Below are positions 37,490 to 51,652 of a stretch of DNA of 64,000 nucleotides, in pieces. The first letter of the stretch is position 1; every line of letters starts with the position of its first letter. The position numbers and the translations under genes are program-made. Source of the stretch: Eledone cirrhosa. Lineage: Eukaryota. The stretch lies in assembly GCA_964016885.1 (NCBI GenBank), contig OZ024740.1, positions 208,878,001-208,942,000 on the forward strand, in the 5' to 3' direction. Below the pieces are notes generated by a model. That model was not told where the DNA came from, did no database searches, and saw only the letters and a list, made by a program, of their open reading frames with translations.

Positions 37490-39272
37490 CTCTGTAGTCA
37501 TCCTTCTCTTCTTTGTAAACACCGGGCACCACAACTGCCCTCACTCTCTTATCACAAAATCTGACAAACGTTCCCTTTGCAAGCAGGTTCTTTTTTTTTT
37601 TTTTTTTTTTTTTTTCGTTTTTGTTTGTTTTTTTTAAAAATACATTTGAAGTTTCATAATGTTAAGTTTTTGTTTATTTTTGCATTTTTGTAAAGCTACA
37701 CATAATTCTTTTCTCACAGAAGCAGTATTCCATGTAAAGAAATAACAATTTTTTATATATATATATAAACAAGTTATGTTTACTTAAGACAAAAGAAAAG
37801 AAATCCAAACTTAATATTTTTATTTTGTTGCAAAGATTTTATTTATTTCCATTAGCAGATTCATGTCTATCTAGTCAGATGATCTTGTAATCTTTTCAGA
37901 TTGCAATTGAATGTCATGAATGAGCTAAAAAGACATATATATATATTTTTCTAAGAAACTACTACCTCTCGCTGGCCTCCACGTGCAAGAACATTTTAAG
38001 TGGAACCTTTCAATAGATGATTTCATTGAATTCAGAGGATAATTTTTGAAGTTGTTTCTTTTAGCTGAGTAAACATTGAAGCAGCAGTTAATTACAGAGC
38101 TGCTAACTAAGGATTCACAGCACAATGTGTTTCCAACTCAAAGAAAAAAACCTTTATTTATATCCCTTCAACTTATGGCCTTTGGTGAGTACTTAAAGGT
38201 AAATTGTTTCTTCATGTATGAAGCTTTTGGTTGTGTTTTGTTTCTCTCGGTGGGGGAGTTAAAATTGGAGTATGAGGTTAAGCTTTGTGGCTTTGTAATG
38301 TATTTATTAAGTAATTTTTTACATGATATTTTAAAAACTACAGCAGACTTGCTTTGATGAAAGTTGAACCCCTCCATCCTTTCCCGAAAAACTAGCTTTT
38401 CTTATTGAATCTGTGTTTGGTAGCTTCATCAAACACTGATATGATGTTTTTTAATCCACACAGAAGTTGCTTCATCTAGTGACGGCATGTTGATTTCTTA
38501 ATCACATTTAAATAAGTCTTTGTCTGGGAAAAACTTACATAATTTGACAGAAGTCTATTTACTCCTGCCTCACCAGTCATAGTGGTTGTAGTTAAGTTGT
38601 GATAACAACACCAGCTACTCTGATTAATTTGATGCTATTTATTTACCACTGAGTAATTAAGCAACTGATGAATATTCATTTATCTCGGCAGAAATATTTA
38701 TAGGTTTTCATTTAGATTTTTTTAAAATCCTAAATTCAGTTAATTTATCTGCTAGTAATGGCCCAGGGTGCTGCTGTGTCACAAATATTCCCTTGGTCAA
38801 CGTGTTCAAAGTGTGGGGCTTCTGACACATTTAATTTTGTTTAATTATTGTCATAATTGCTTCAGATATCACTGCAATCAAATGAAAAGTAACTAAGCTA
38901 GTAAGTGGCAAAAAGATATATTTTAACCCTTTTGTTTTCATATTTATAATTGAAAGATTGCCCATGATTTTCAAATAATTTTGAAAATAATCAAGAATTT
39001 GGAAAGATTTGGTAGTCTTGCTAATTTTCTCATTATTTATCTAGTGTTTGGAACCCAACTTGAAGGTTCTTATATAAAAGAAATATCTATGATAGGTTTT
39101 TAGATAAATATAAACACTTTCGTTCTACAATATAAACTGTTAATGTTAACTTAACACTGGCAGTTTGGCAACAAAAGAGTTAAATATTTCAACTTCAGTA
39201 ACCATTACATTTGCTAATCCATCCATACTATTTAATAGGAAATCTATGGCAAAGGTTACTCTAAATTACATT

Positions 39273-39278
39273 AATAAA
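39273..39278 (+). promoter_or_regulatory. Candidate IPO4 poly(A) signal
   Basis: First AATAAA I found after the stop codon; no transcript support. Confidence 0.25.
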
Positions 39279-40309
39279 AGGCTATTGGTATTGTTCTCCT
39301 CCCTTGCTCTACAAATCAATTTGTTTTCGGTGTTGTAACTTGGTTTATCTATATATTTTTTTTTATTATTATTCAAAACTTCACAATGCAGCAGTTAAAA
39401 AAATATATATATATACTGAATATTTTCCAAAATTTGTGTCTATGTATATTGTTTGCTGTAATTCAATTATTCACCTCTCACAATATATAATATGTGTTTC
39501 TTTCAAAATATTCAAATGTACTTTCAAAGAAATGTAAGATGCTAAAACTTTTTTTTTAATCTTAAAAGAAATATTACATTCTTTCACAGCAAGTTAGTGT
39601 TATGCTGTATCACATTTACCAAAATATGTGGACTTTTTTTAAAAAAGAAAATAAAACAAAACGAAATTTTTTTTCACTGTCTGAATGAGATAATGAAATA
39701 TATTTATACTCATATATTTTTCTACAACTTTTAAATCTATATTCAGAGCTAATACATGTCAGTAGGGGTGAAGATATTGATGTTTTAGTTGGCTGCAAGT
39801 GTGTGTGTGTGTGTATATATGTATGTGTGTGTGTGTGTAAATATATATACGAATGTATGTATATATGTATATCATAGTTAGACTTGTTTAATTAAAAATG
39901 CATTTTCTGATAAACGTCTTAAAGAGAAATCACTCAGAATTATTTTGATGATAATATGGCATTCAGCTGCCAAAAGAAGCTATTTTCATTATTTTAGTTA
40001 TCTTTGCTGGTATTAATTTTTTTACTTGAATAATTCCTTAGAAGTTTCTAATTGAAAGAATTTTATCTAAATGAAACAAAACAAAATATTTACTCCTGGC
40101 AAAAGCTGACCATTGTTCCATGAAGTTCCAAAAATTTTTTATTAATTTCTTAACTTTAGCTTTAGTTTGATTGACATGTGTGGTCAGAATAAATTTATTG
40201 GCTTATTTGTTCTACTTTTATAACTTATGACACAACCAACATTACAGCTAAGACTCTCCAGTCATTTATCTTTGAAAGACATGCACCATCTTTTAGTATT
40301 ATTATTATT

Positions 40310-40870
40310 ATGCAGTGGATTGGCAGTCTTTAGAGCATTGGACAAATGCTTAGCAGTATTTATTTTGGCTATTTACATTCTGAGTTTAAATCCTGCTGAG
40401 GTCAACTTGGCCTTTCATCCTTCCAAGGTCGATAAAATGAAGTACTGTCGAATACCAAGGTTGATTCCCCTCCCCCTTTCCTTTCCTCTAAATTGCTGGC
40501 CATATGCCAAAATTAGAAATTATTGTGTGGTAGATTGGCAGAATTGTTCGAGCACTAGAAAAATATAGTATAGTGTTATTTGTGCCAGCCCTTTATGTTC
40601 TGAGTTCAAATCCTGTTGAAGTCAACTGTCTCATCCTTTTGGTGGTTGATGAAATAAAGTACCAATCATGTACTGTAGTCAATGTAACCAACTTTCATCT
40701 CCTCCGAAAATTGCTGGTCTTGTGTCTAAATTAAAAGTAATAATTATTGTTATTATGATGATGATTAGGGCAGTTGATTGACAGTATCGGTAGAACATCA
40801 GACAGCATGCATTGTGCCATATAGTTATGGCCCTTTACGTTTTGAGTTCAAATCCCACCAGGGTTAGCTT
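40310..40870 (+). mobile_element. Cluster of three family A SINEs
   Basis: Repeated head, B-box and core motifs. Confidence 0.72.
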
Positions 40871-43800
40871 CTTCTGTTCAGCAGGTTTATATACCTCATT
40901 ATTAGACTATAGTATAGTAAAAAATATTATGACAAAGCATCTATTTAAATCTATAGTTGTGTTTTTAGATTAGATAATCTCCGTCTGTTGTTTTGGTTAA
41001 ATTCTAAATTGACTTGATACGATCAGCCCATTGATATTTTCTGTCAAATGTTACCAAAAGATAGCATTGTATAAACTAAATTTAAAGTTTGAAATTCAAT
41101 TATAAATCGTATTCATGAAGCATTGAGCAAATTTTTTATATTGAATCCAGGTTTTTTTGTTATGGAAAAATATTCAAATAAATTGGGCATCAATGGTTTT
41201 TTTTATTTCACACAAATAGCAATTAGATATTCTCTTCAAACTCTGTTTGGGTGGGTATAGTAATAGACTCAGAAAAAAATTGTAACCCTGAATAAAGAGC
41301 CAAATCTTTATATATATATATAATATGTAGGAAGTTACTAAACCCATTAAATGAATGACTCATATACTGCATATATAGTCAATATAATATTTGTTATTAG
41401 TAACAAATATTACATATAGCAAGCATTGGCAAACAAATTCTCAGGAAATCTCGGTGCTATGCATATTTTATTTTGTTTAAACCCTATGTCAATAATAAAT
41501 TTGGTAATTTGGATAATTATTAGAGAAAAAAGTTTTGAGGGTGGGGTCATTCTTTATTGGAATATAGGAATTTTGCTTCAGTTTCTGTTTTAATCACAGT
41601 TGTCCTTCCACTTATTACACTAGTACACACACATACACACATATATATATATTGCTGTTTGGATGATAATAATAGCTATAGAATATAGAAATTCTGTTGA
41701 ATTCTTATGTCCTATTTTTCAGAAATATTCCAAAATAAAGGCATGATTGGTAAATATTTAGTAAGGAGTTGACAGTTGGTAGTGTTGGATACATACTCCT
41801 GAGCCTGTCTAGGAGGTCAACAGCCCCAATTCAGTAACTGACTTGGTCTATGTCGACCTGTCAAAACTTGATCCAGCTCACTGCACTCTAAGTTCATATT
41901 CCACCAAGGTCAACTTTGCCTTTCATTCTTTCAAGGTTTAATAAATAAAGTACCATACCAGGAGAAGTAGATTGGCAGAATTGTTAAGAGTCAAGTGGGA
42001 TGCTTTGTGATATCTGATTCAGCTCAACATTCTGAGTTCAAATCCCGCCTCCTTCTGCCAGGAATTGTGACTGCCAAATAGTATCAATGAAAAGATCAAT
42101 AAAGACAATTTTCTTGATCTGTTCTGATGATTGACTCCTTTCCTTTTTTTTTTATTTATTTTTTTTTTTTAGTAGCTAACAACCATAGCTGTTTGCATTT
42201 CTTGCAATTAGTATTTATTGTAGTCATGACAGCAGTAGCAGTGATTGTTATAATAGTAGTTTTTATAAGTAGTTCAGTACCTCAATCTCTTTGATTGAAA
42301 TCCCATTGAATTATAACTTTATATATATATACACATACAGTTATCTAATCTCTATACTACAAAATATTGGCTTTGTGCCAAGTAAAGATATAAATGATGT
42401 ATGCTGACCAATTTTTTTTTTCTAAGGCAGTGGTTGCATAATACTGTCTCACCTTTTGTATTTTATCCTATTTTATATTAAAAAGAAAAACCCTACAGAA
42501 TTTATGACCCTTTGAATCTCATCTGCCAGTGTATTAATTATATTTTGGGCTCATGTTTAACTAGGAACATATACTTGATGAATATAGCGAACGGAGAGAA
42601 AGTCTTGCAGCATTCGTTCTGGTCCTCTGCATTCTAAGTTCAAATCCCACCAATGTCAACTTTGCCTTTCATCCTTTTGGGGTTAATAATGTGCCAGTCC
42701 AGCCCTGGGACTGACTGACTGACTGACTGACTCTCTCTTATATGCACTTACACAAATTAGCTATGTTCAGACCTGGATAGAGTCAGGTTTTGCTAGCTAT
42801 AAAATGCCGAAAACTCACTCTCTCATAACAGCTGGCGGAACCCCTACAACTCTATCTGGCATTAAGTCCCCAAGGAAGGAAAGGCTATTAGTTGATGTTT
42901 TTTGCCATAAATTGTTTCTTTTAGAACTGTTGGAATTCTGCTGAACTTATTTATAATTCTATTTTTTAAATATATTTTCAGTTTTTTTTTTTTTTTTTTT
43001 TTGAAAATTACAAAATTATTTGTGTTGACTTTTTTTTTTTTTTTAATTAAAAAAAATATATACTTATGTGAGAATTTTTTGAAGTTTTATATAGTCTTCA
43101 AATATTTTTCACTCTTAAGCTGTGATATACCTGATTGTATGGCTGCTATCTTTTTTTTTTATTACCAATTCTGCTGTGACCAGCTTGCTTTTGTCTTTTT
43201 AGTGTTAAGTCATCATCATCATCATCACTGTTTAAAATCTATTTTCCATGTTTACATGGGTTAGCTGGGTTATGTTCTCAAGTTAGACAGGTCAGATGAT
43301 CATGTCTTGCTCATACATTCTATTTTTGACTTGGTTTCTACAGAAGGGTGGACATAACTTTTTATTGTGGCCTAACTCTACCACTTTAGGTGATGGACTA
43401 GGTGCAAGTTTGAAGAAAGGTCAGAGTAACAATCATTTTGACTGTCAACACAGATTGTTCCTGCTAATTGTCTTCAGTGTTTAGTATCAGTAACAAACTC
43501 CTGAAATTGTAGATTCAAATAGAAATGAAAAACTGCATAAACCATGTATGCATTGCAGCAACAACACCAATGATATTATATACAGACTAATAACCTTTTA
43601 CTCAGAACCCCAACAGCTTATTTACTGTGAAGGTATACAGCCGAGTGGTTAGCGTGTTGGTCTCAATTGTACTGTCATGGGTTTGATCTCTGAACCAAGC
43701 AGTGTATTGTGTTCCTTGAGCAATGTACTTCATTTCATATTATTTCTGTCTACTTGGCTGAACATGAGTACCAACAGCTGCAGCTGGGGTTAACCTTACA

Positions 43801-44346
43801 ACTGACTGGTGTACTATCTAGGGGGCTGTCTTTTTACACCTATTCACTTAACACCACAGGAAACTAGGATAAGCTCTGGTCTTCATCCTACTCATACAAG
43901 CATGGAGACATGGACATAAAACCAATAATGATGATGATGCTCTTTCCCTGAAAAAAATATTTACAAAACTAATCATTTTGAAATATCATATAAAGTAAGA
44001 AAATCTGTCTGTAATAAACTTACTAGAATGAACAAAATAAAGCAACTTGAACAGAATTATCAATATGGCCTGTCTTGTATCAATACTTGTATCAATACTT
44101 GTATCAATACCGGCAACAACTACTACCTGCTTTTGATGTCACTTGTAAAAAGATATAGTTATATGAACTATAAAAGTCAAATTTGTATTGATATAATGAC
44201 TTTTGGGGTTGTATATTTCCCACTAGGGAAATGAACCCTGACTCAGCATTTTCTGCTGGGGTTTTATAGTTTAAAGCTGATATAAGTTTAGAATCTTTTC
44301 ACAAGCTCTGAAGTTTTTACTTTTATATATATATATATATATAAAT

Positions 44347-44831
44347 AACAAACAAATCGTTTATCGCTCTACATGGCTGAATACAATGAATGTAATCTAA
44401 GTTTTTCAAATATTAATAGTATTTGATTTGTTTGCAATTATGCAAAAAGCCTCTTTTATAAGCCCCTTATTCTCGCTCTTGTGTTGGCATGCAAACAGAA
44501 CTGCAGACACTGTTTCTGGGTGATTACGCTTCATCAGTGCAGTTTACTGCTTACCTGCCAACTGTCAGAGCTAGTGAAAATATATTATTTTCTAGAAATA
44601 TACAGTGAGTGCTGGCCAGATTTGCATATTAGCAGACTGGCTGATCAGTCAGAGCTGCATATTAGCAGACCCACTGATCAGCCAGATTTGCATATCACCT
44701 GATAGGCCAGTCAGTTTCATGTATACTAGCGGTTAATGGCCAGCTTTGCCACATTCAATAAACAAACAAATCGTTTATCGCTCTACATGGCTGAATACAA
44801 TAAATGTAATCGGAGTTTTTCGAATATTAAT
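44347..44831 (-). mobile_element. 414-nt terminally redundant unit (retrozyme or Penelope pLTR-like)
   Basis: 71-bp direct repeats at 44347-44417 and 44761-44831 (4 mismatches), internal hammerhead motif, (TA)n flanks. Confidence 0.6.
44499..44544 (-). ncRNA. Degenerate type I minimal hammerhead ribozyme
   Basis: Minus strand AACTGCA-CTGATGA-agcgtaatcaccca-GAAAC-agt-GTC-TGCAGTT: 7-bp stem I, intact core boxes, GUC cleavage triplet; stem II weakened. Confidence 0.68.
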
Positions 44832-46299
44832 GTATATATATATCTATATAAGCCTGTGCTTCCACCAAGAAGTTGGTGATCTGTAGTTGTTGCATGCTGT
44901 ATGAAGCATGTGTGAAACTCTGTCAATTGACTATTTCTCTGATGTTGATGACATAGAATTTGGTGTTATATGCCCACAGAACCTGCTGGCTAGTTAATTG
45001 GTATTCTAATCAGGAGTCCAACCCATTTTATGCATTGTTGAGCTATGAATTGAAGCACTAAATCATCTGCCTAATGTCTTTATTTTTCTGGGAGTTTCTG
45101 GTTTTACCAGCTGCTCAACAGAGAAATCTTATCTCACAGGTTGTGAGTGTTTTGCTCCAGGCTTTGAGATTCTCAATCTAGCTACTGGTAAGTGAAGTTG
45201 CTGCCAACAACGATTGAAGTGATTAGTCATTGGTCTCCATGTGTATAGTTAGATACTTCAAGAGAGGTGCTAGTTGATAAACTGACAAAGTTTGCCTTCT
45301 GGTCTATAGTTCTGTCAATCTGCCCATTCTCAATAAATATATACACAATAGAAGCTTCAAGTTAGGGAATTTAAAGAAAGTAAAACTGACATAAAAGAAG
45401 GAACTCTAAGGTTGTTAGAAAACCATTATTATTGTTCTCCGGAAATTTTACAAGTTATTTCTAAGATTTTTTTTATTTTTATGTGCTTTGAAAAAAAAAA
45501 ACAGCCAACCAACTAATGTCTAGAAACTGTCCAGGTTCAGCAATATTTTCTGTCTTTATGCATCCTCCTCTAGCCCCACTCCAGTATTACTGCAACAGAA
45601 TTAAAGATACTGTTGATATATCCTTATAAAATATTTGTCTTCGGGAAACATGGAATATCCATAACTAACAATTCACCCAAAATACTGCTTAATGTGTGCG
45701 ATGTTGCTCTCTTCTGAGTTTCTTTTGTTATAAAAAAACAACACATATTGCTGTCTCATAGACTTGTTTCAGATTTTATAATATACTGTATTTTTCAGGT
45801 TATAAGATAATCCCTTAATTTGAAGGTACTTGTATATGTACACACATACAACTCTGCATTAATATTCAGTAAAGTAAGGTGAAAGTTATAACATGATAGC
45901 TAGCTAGCTCATATTTTGGAGGTTATAAAATTCAATAATGTATATGATGCACTGATATTTTGAAGAAAAAAACTTGAGTATTAAATGATTTTTATTACCC
46001 CAAAATTCAGCATGTGGTGTTCTAAATTAAAAAGAACTATTTTTGCTGCATTAGCTAGCAATTATCATATATCTACAAATGCTTTCACCCAGATCAAGTA
46101 AGTCTACCTGTAATTGATCCAATTCTGGGGGGTGGGGGGGGTCATGTAATAAGTAATAATTTAAATAGTTGTGAATTTTAGAAGAAAAATATCAATATTT
46201 GTATTAATTAGACATGAAAAATTAAAATAAAATAAACTATGCGTGCTTATTTAGATATAGCTACATTTATTATTATTATTATTATAGTCCTACATTATA

Positions 46300-46515
46300 G
46301 GGTGAATTGACAATCGGTAGAGCGTAGGATACCATGCTTTGAGCATGGAGTTACGTTCCTTTACTGTCTGAGTTAAAATCCCGCTGAGGTTAGCTTTGCC
46401 TTTCATCCTTACAAGGTCTATAAAATAAAGTACCAGTAATGCACTGGGGTTGATTTAATCGACTTTCCCCTCCCAAAAATTGTTAGCCTTTTGCCTAAAT
46501 CAGAAACTATTATTA
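46300..46515 (+). mobile_element. Family A SINE
   Basis: Head, B-box, core and (TAT) tail. Confidence 0.78.
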
Positions 46516-46536
46516 TAGTCATGCCTTAGGTCTTAA

Positions 46537-46723
46537 CCCTTTAGCATTTACATTACTCTATATATCTTATTGTATTTTTCTGGTAAAGACTTTACATAAT
46601 ATCGAATCTGAGATTTTGATATTATTTATTTTGAGAACAATACCTTAACATCAATATGAGTGACCAGTTTGGACAGAAAGAGGTGAAAATTCTGGCCGAA
46701 TATGGCCAGTTTAAATGCTAGGG
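46537..46723. mobile_element. piggyBac-like MITE with TTAA TSD
   Basis: TTAA|CCCTTTAGCATTTA...TAAATGCTAGGG|TTAA. Confidence 0.75.
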
Positions 46724-49703
46724 TTAAGACACTGCAAGATTTTGCCATCAAATTTAGGAGTAAAAAGGTGTCATATACTGGAAAATACGGTAAAATGTAC
46801 GTCATTTTTATATGATTGAAAGGTCTGTTGGATTTTGTTCAATAATTTGATATATAAAGAGGACTTCTATTCATATATTATGTTCAACTTTGGTGTAAAT
46901 TAATTCACATATTAATCATCCTAATACATACATTTTTGACTTTGATACACATGAAGAGTTATAACATTTTACCATACTTTTGTTATGTGTGGCATTGTAG
47001 TTATTTGTTCTGAATCTGTTCTAAGTTCAAATCCCAGTGAGGTCAACTTTGCCTTTCATCCTTTCAGGGTTGATAAAATAAATTACCAGTCCAGGAGCAG
47101 TGGAGTGATGGAATTGTTTAAGTGTTGGATAAGATGCCTTGTAGTATCTGTTCTATCTCTGTATGTTCCAAGTCCAAATCTTGCCTCTTGTCACTGGAAA
47201 AGTGGTGATTCATATGCCAGAAGTTGTGACCAACAGATAAATGGAAAGACCAATGGAAGGATTGGTCCTTTCCTTAACTTATATTTCAGGATCATCTGTT
47301 GGCTTAGTTTTTATAAATCATTGTCATTTTTCTGTTTATTTAGTTGAATTTACATTTCCTCATCAAAGGTTTTCATGAAAATATTTTTATCGATTTATTT
47401 TAAAAGAAAATTGATACATTTTTTTTAATTTTTATTTTTATGTACGTTTTCGTAACAGCAGGTATTTTGGTGATGTTTTAAACTGGTGATCTCTTTCTCT
47501 CTATCCCTCTCAACCCTTAAACTTTGTCCAAAACACCCAAGGGTGATATTTTTAGTTTTATCTATTTTGGCTTGATCATGCACACACACATATTACGCAG
47601 ACACACACACACAACAAAAAGGTTGTGACAAGCATCATATCTACCTAATTGAATGGCTCACTAGATGTTCTAAATGACTATCATATGCTCTGTCCTTACA
47701 ATGGTATTTGGTTAATTCTTTCATTACTGTATTTCTAATGAAAGACACTGCTTTCAAGTCACTTTGAAAATAATCAAGTATTTTGAGCATTAATTTAACA
47801 AAGGTTCTTATATGGAATAATGATGAAAGATTTTCTGATAAATATAAACACTTTAAAACAGTTTTGTATCATAGAATCAAGGGCAGTTTCAAGCAAATTG
47901 GCATAAAGAGTTAAAGAAAAATATAAACCTAGCAAATAAAATCAACGAGCAATTATATGTGTAAACTCATTGAGATATTTATATGTAATTGATATAACTT
48001 TAAAAGCTAATGTATAAAGATATTTTTTTTTTATTATATAAAAAGCTAAGATATAAAGATTTTATTATTTTATTACATAAAAAGCAACATTAAATTTGTC
48101 TAATTTTCTCATTTTCTAAAGAAATATTGAATCTGAAAGACAATTGTCTTTTTGTATTCTTCTTGGCCTTTTATTTTTGTTTATTTTTCTTGGGTGCTAG
48201 ACTTATCTGTTATCTAGTTTAACAAGACCATCTGGTCCTGTTGCAAACATTTGTATCAGGTCTCTGGTTTGAAGATTCCTTCCTCCTTCTTGCCAGACTC
48301 TCTGAAAAGGGTTATGGGTACTGCCCTTCCCACCATGATTAAACAGTAAAAAGAAGAAAAAAAAGGTAATTTTCGTTTGTTTTTTTTTTGTTTTGTTTTC
48401 TTTTTTTATTATAAAACAACCATAGCTTTTTTTATTCCCAAACAAGAGAAAATAATTCTCAAAATACATTAAACATTCTTTTTTTTTTTTTTCTTTTTTT
48501 ATCCTGTATTTTAAATGTTTTATAAACTATTTAAAAAGCAAAATAACTATTTTCTATGTTCCATGGCTGCTTGACTGTGAATGTAACTGCTGTAATCATA
48601 CAAGGAATACTGCTGCTACTATGTTGTCAATTACTGTTTCATTTTGTGAGCTTTAAATAAATATTTTCTCTTTCTGAATTAACGAGAAACACAAAAGAAA
48701 GGAAGATAAGATTGATTGTATATTTTGCTTAAATAAATGTATTATCTGAACTTTGTGGATTTGGTTTTTCTTCCATCACCACCTATATATTTATCAGTTC
48801 AAATTCGTTTTTTTTTGTTTTTTTTTTAATGAAAATTTCTATCATTATCAGCCTCGTCATTTTGTGAAGAAGAATTGACTTTACTGAACAATAGTTGGAA
48901 TTTTACATAAGGACAATAATAATAACAAAAGCTACGATTAGGAAAGGGTTTCTGAATTTCATTTCTTAGTAAAGTTAGCTCCCTTACCACTCTACAGTTC
49001 TCATAATTCAATGACTTAGATATAGTCAAACTTGTATATTTCGTGTAAAACGTCTGTCGTGCTGGAAAGGAGATGTATAAGATAACGCTTTTCAAATCAC
49101 GCTGTAACAAGTCTATAGAAAAAGTCTGTGGGAGAGAGATAGTTGTGGTGGCGATAACCCCGAAAAAGTTCTTTAGATCTTGGACGATTATATATATATT
49201 CATTTGTTAACATCAGCTATCTTATTTACTTGCCTGGTGAAAAGCATCACCTAGTAAACCATAATAGTACTTTATGGTTACTACAGGGACATGTTTTGAA
49301 ACCTAAGGTAGTGACCAACTGTCGAACAGACATTAATATACACAGTTAAGCATTCAAAATGTTATTGAATTTTTTTTTTTTTTTTTTTTAATAATTGATT
49401 GTTGATTACATTTAAACCGTAGAATTACTACAGAATCAGCTATTTTTTAAATTCTTTTTCTAGTTTCTTATTAGTCTAAGGAACCACAATTGAGGTATTA
49501 AGTCTATATAATCGATCCCAGTATTTATTTTATTGCTATGTATTTGCCAAACCTAACTTACTGTAAACACAATGTACAATGGGATTACGAACTGTTTAAA
49601 CAGAAACCACATGTTCTTATACTTGTGCTTTTAATTACTTTCTCTATATGCTTGACATATGTACTTTTTGTAATAAAGCCCAGACTTTTCTTTACAAAAT
49701 TTC

Positions 49704-51157
49704 ATTATTATTATTATTATAAAGTGCTCAGGTGCACTACAACTCGTCAAAGATGCATGCATGTATAGTACATAGAATAATATACAAGTGAATAGTGTAT
49801 GAGTCATGATATACATGTGTGTATGTCTATGGAGGGGGAACATTAGGTGTAGTGTTGGCGAATCTTGGGAAGCATGGAGGTTTTAAAGGATGCAGTGTCT
49901 TGACAGATAACAACTGATGCAGGTAGTTTGTTCCATGCTTCAGCAACTCTGAGCGCAAAAAAATGTTTCCGAAAGTCATGGGAACTGTGCTGTTGTCTGA
50001 CTTTGTGGGCATGCCCACGTGTGTTAGACACATAGAAAAAAAAAAAAAGGTACTCAGGGTTGTTGTTGGCAAGATGGTTAATAATTTTGTGGGTGTTTAC
50101 CAAGTCAGTTGCCAGGCGTCGGAGCTTCAATGTATCCATGCCCAGGGAAGCAAGGCGTTCAGAGTATGGTAGATGCCTGATGGAGGGTATTCGCTTGGTT
50201 GCACATCTCTGAACAGTTTCCAGGCGGTTCTGCGCAAGATAGGGATTCCAGACTGGTGATGCAAATTCTAAGTGTGGCCGCACCATAGCCATGTACAGCC
50301 TTAAATAGATAGCTGGAGAGCGGCTGACAAAGGTCTTGCTGAGTGATGCTAAGACACCCTCGGCCCTCTTGACAATTTTAGAGACCTGCTTCGTCCAACG
50401 CAAATCGCTGCTGACCGTAATGCCCAGGTCACGTTCACAAGAAGACTTCTTGATATTAGTGCTGTGGAGGGAGTATGTGGACGCTGGTTTTTTACTCCTG
50501 AAATGCATGGTGGTGCACTTGTCCACAGCTAGCTTGAGTTGCCAGTCTGAGATGCATTGTGTCCAGGTCAGACTGCAAGCAAGATCTATAGTATTCAGAA
50601 TCTGTCCTTTTTATCTCAAGGTACAGCTTGATGTCATCTGCGTACTTTTAGTACTGTGGCATTCTTTAAGTTGGCATCTATGTCAATAATATATGCCAAG
50701 AACAGATCCCTGTGGTACACCAGATGACATCTCATATGGTGAGGAATGCTGTCCCAGAACTGACTACCTCTCTTCGACTGAGAATGAAGGACTCCAACCA
50801 GTTAAAAAGATCATCCTTCACACCCATTACAGAGAGTTTTGCCATAAGCCTTTTGTGTGGCACAGAATTGAAAGCTTTCGCAAAGTCAAGGTAAACAACA
50901 ACCACCCATGAGACGCCATCAGTGATCCGGGTGATGTCTTCAAGAAACTCGATAAGTTGATCACAGCAGCTGGAGTTGGGGATAAATCCAAATTGCGAGG
51001 GCCGGATAAGACTGAGAGTTCCAGAAGTTCTAAAGTGTTTCTCTGACACAGGATTCCATCAGTTTGGCTATGCAACTCGTAAGACTGACTGGACGATAGT
51101 TCACAGGTGATGTGCGGCCACCCTTTTTGAACAGAGGAATGACACTGGCAGTTTTTT
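49704..51157 (-). mobile_element. 5'-truncated CR1-group LINE (RT pseudogene plus 3' UTR)
   Basis: VIPLFKKG..NYRPVSLT, YLDFAKAFNSVPH, GVPQGSVLG, YADD, RPHLEFASPVWNP, TRGH; frameshifted; (TAA)n tail. Confidence 0.9.
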
Positions 51158-51346
51158 ATATAACGAAGGGCGAGTGTGTTACCACCAACCTAATTTAATG
51201 AATACAGTTGGAGTATATATTAAGCGCGAAGCAACCGAAATCACGGTAACTGCATATCTGTACATACAGTCTCAGTTAATCCTGTACAATGAATATATTT
51301 CAGCAAGGTCGGCAACTGTAATGCGGGAGTTATTTCCCTTGTGAAA

Positions 51347-51652
51347 TTGCTAATCCCAGACTATATTTTCATTCTAAGATCGTTGTTGCATTTTCACGCC
51401 CTATAGATTCTTTACACCGTGGTTTCATTCTAACCCTTATAGTTTAATTCCTGTCTCCTATACATTCATTCTTAACCTTAACCAAAAACCTTACCCTAAA
51501 CTTATACCAAAACCTAACCCTAACTCTAAGCGTAACCATAAATCCACCCCTAACCTAGTCAGAGCCCAAACCTTTATTCTTACTCCAACCTAAATCCTGT
51601 CTATTTTTCTCTTTAATCGCAAAACTGAAGTATATGCGGTTGGGATTAGTAA
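51347..51652. mobile_element. MITE-like element with internal degenerate (TAACCC)n
   Basis: Inverted ends TTGCTAATCCCA / TGGGATTAGTAA. Confidence 0.5.

Noticed and set aside
48826-49203. 125-aa ORF as a gene
   Set aside because: No recognisable motif or splice context
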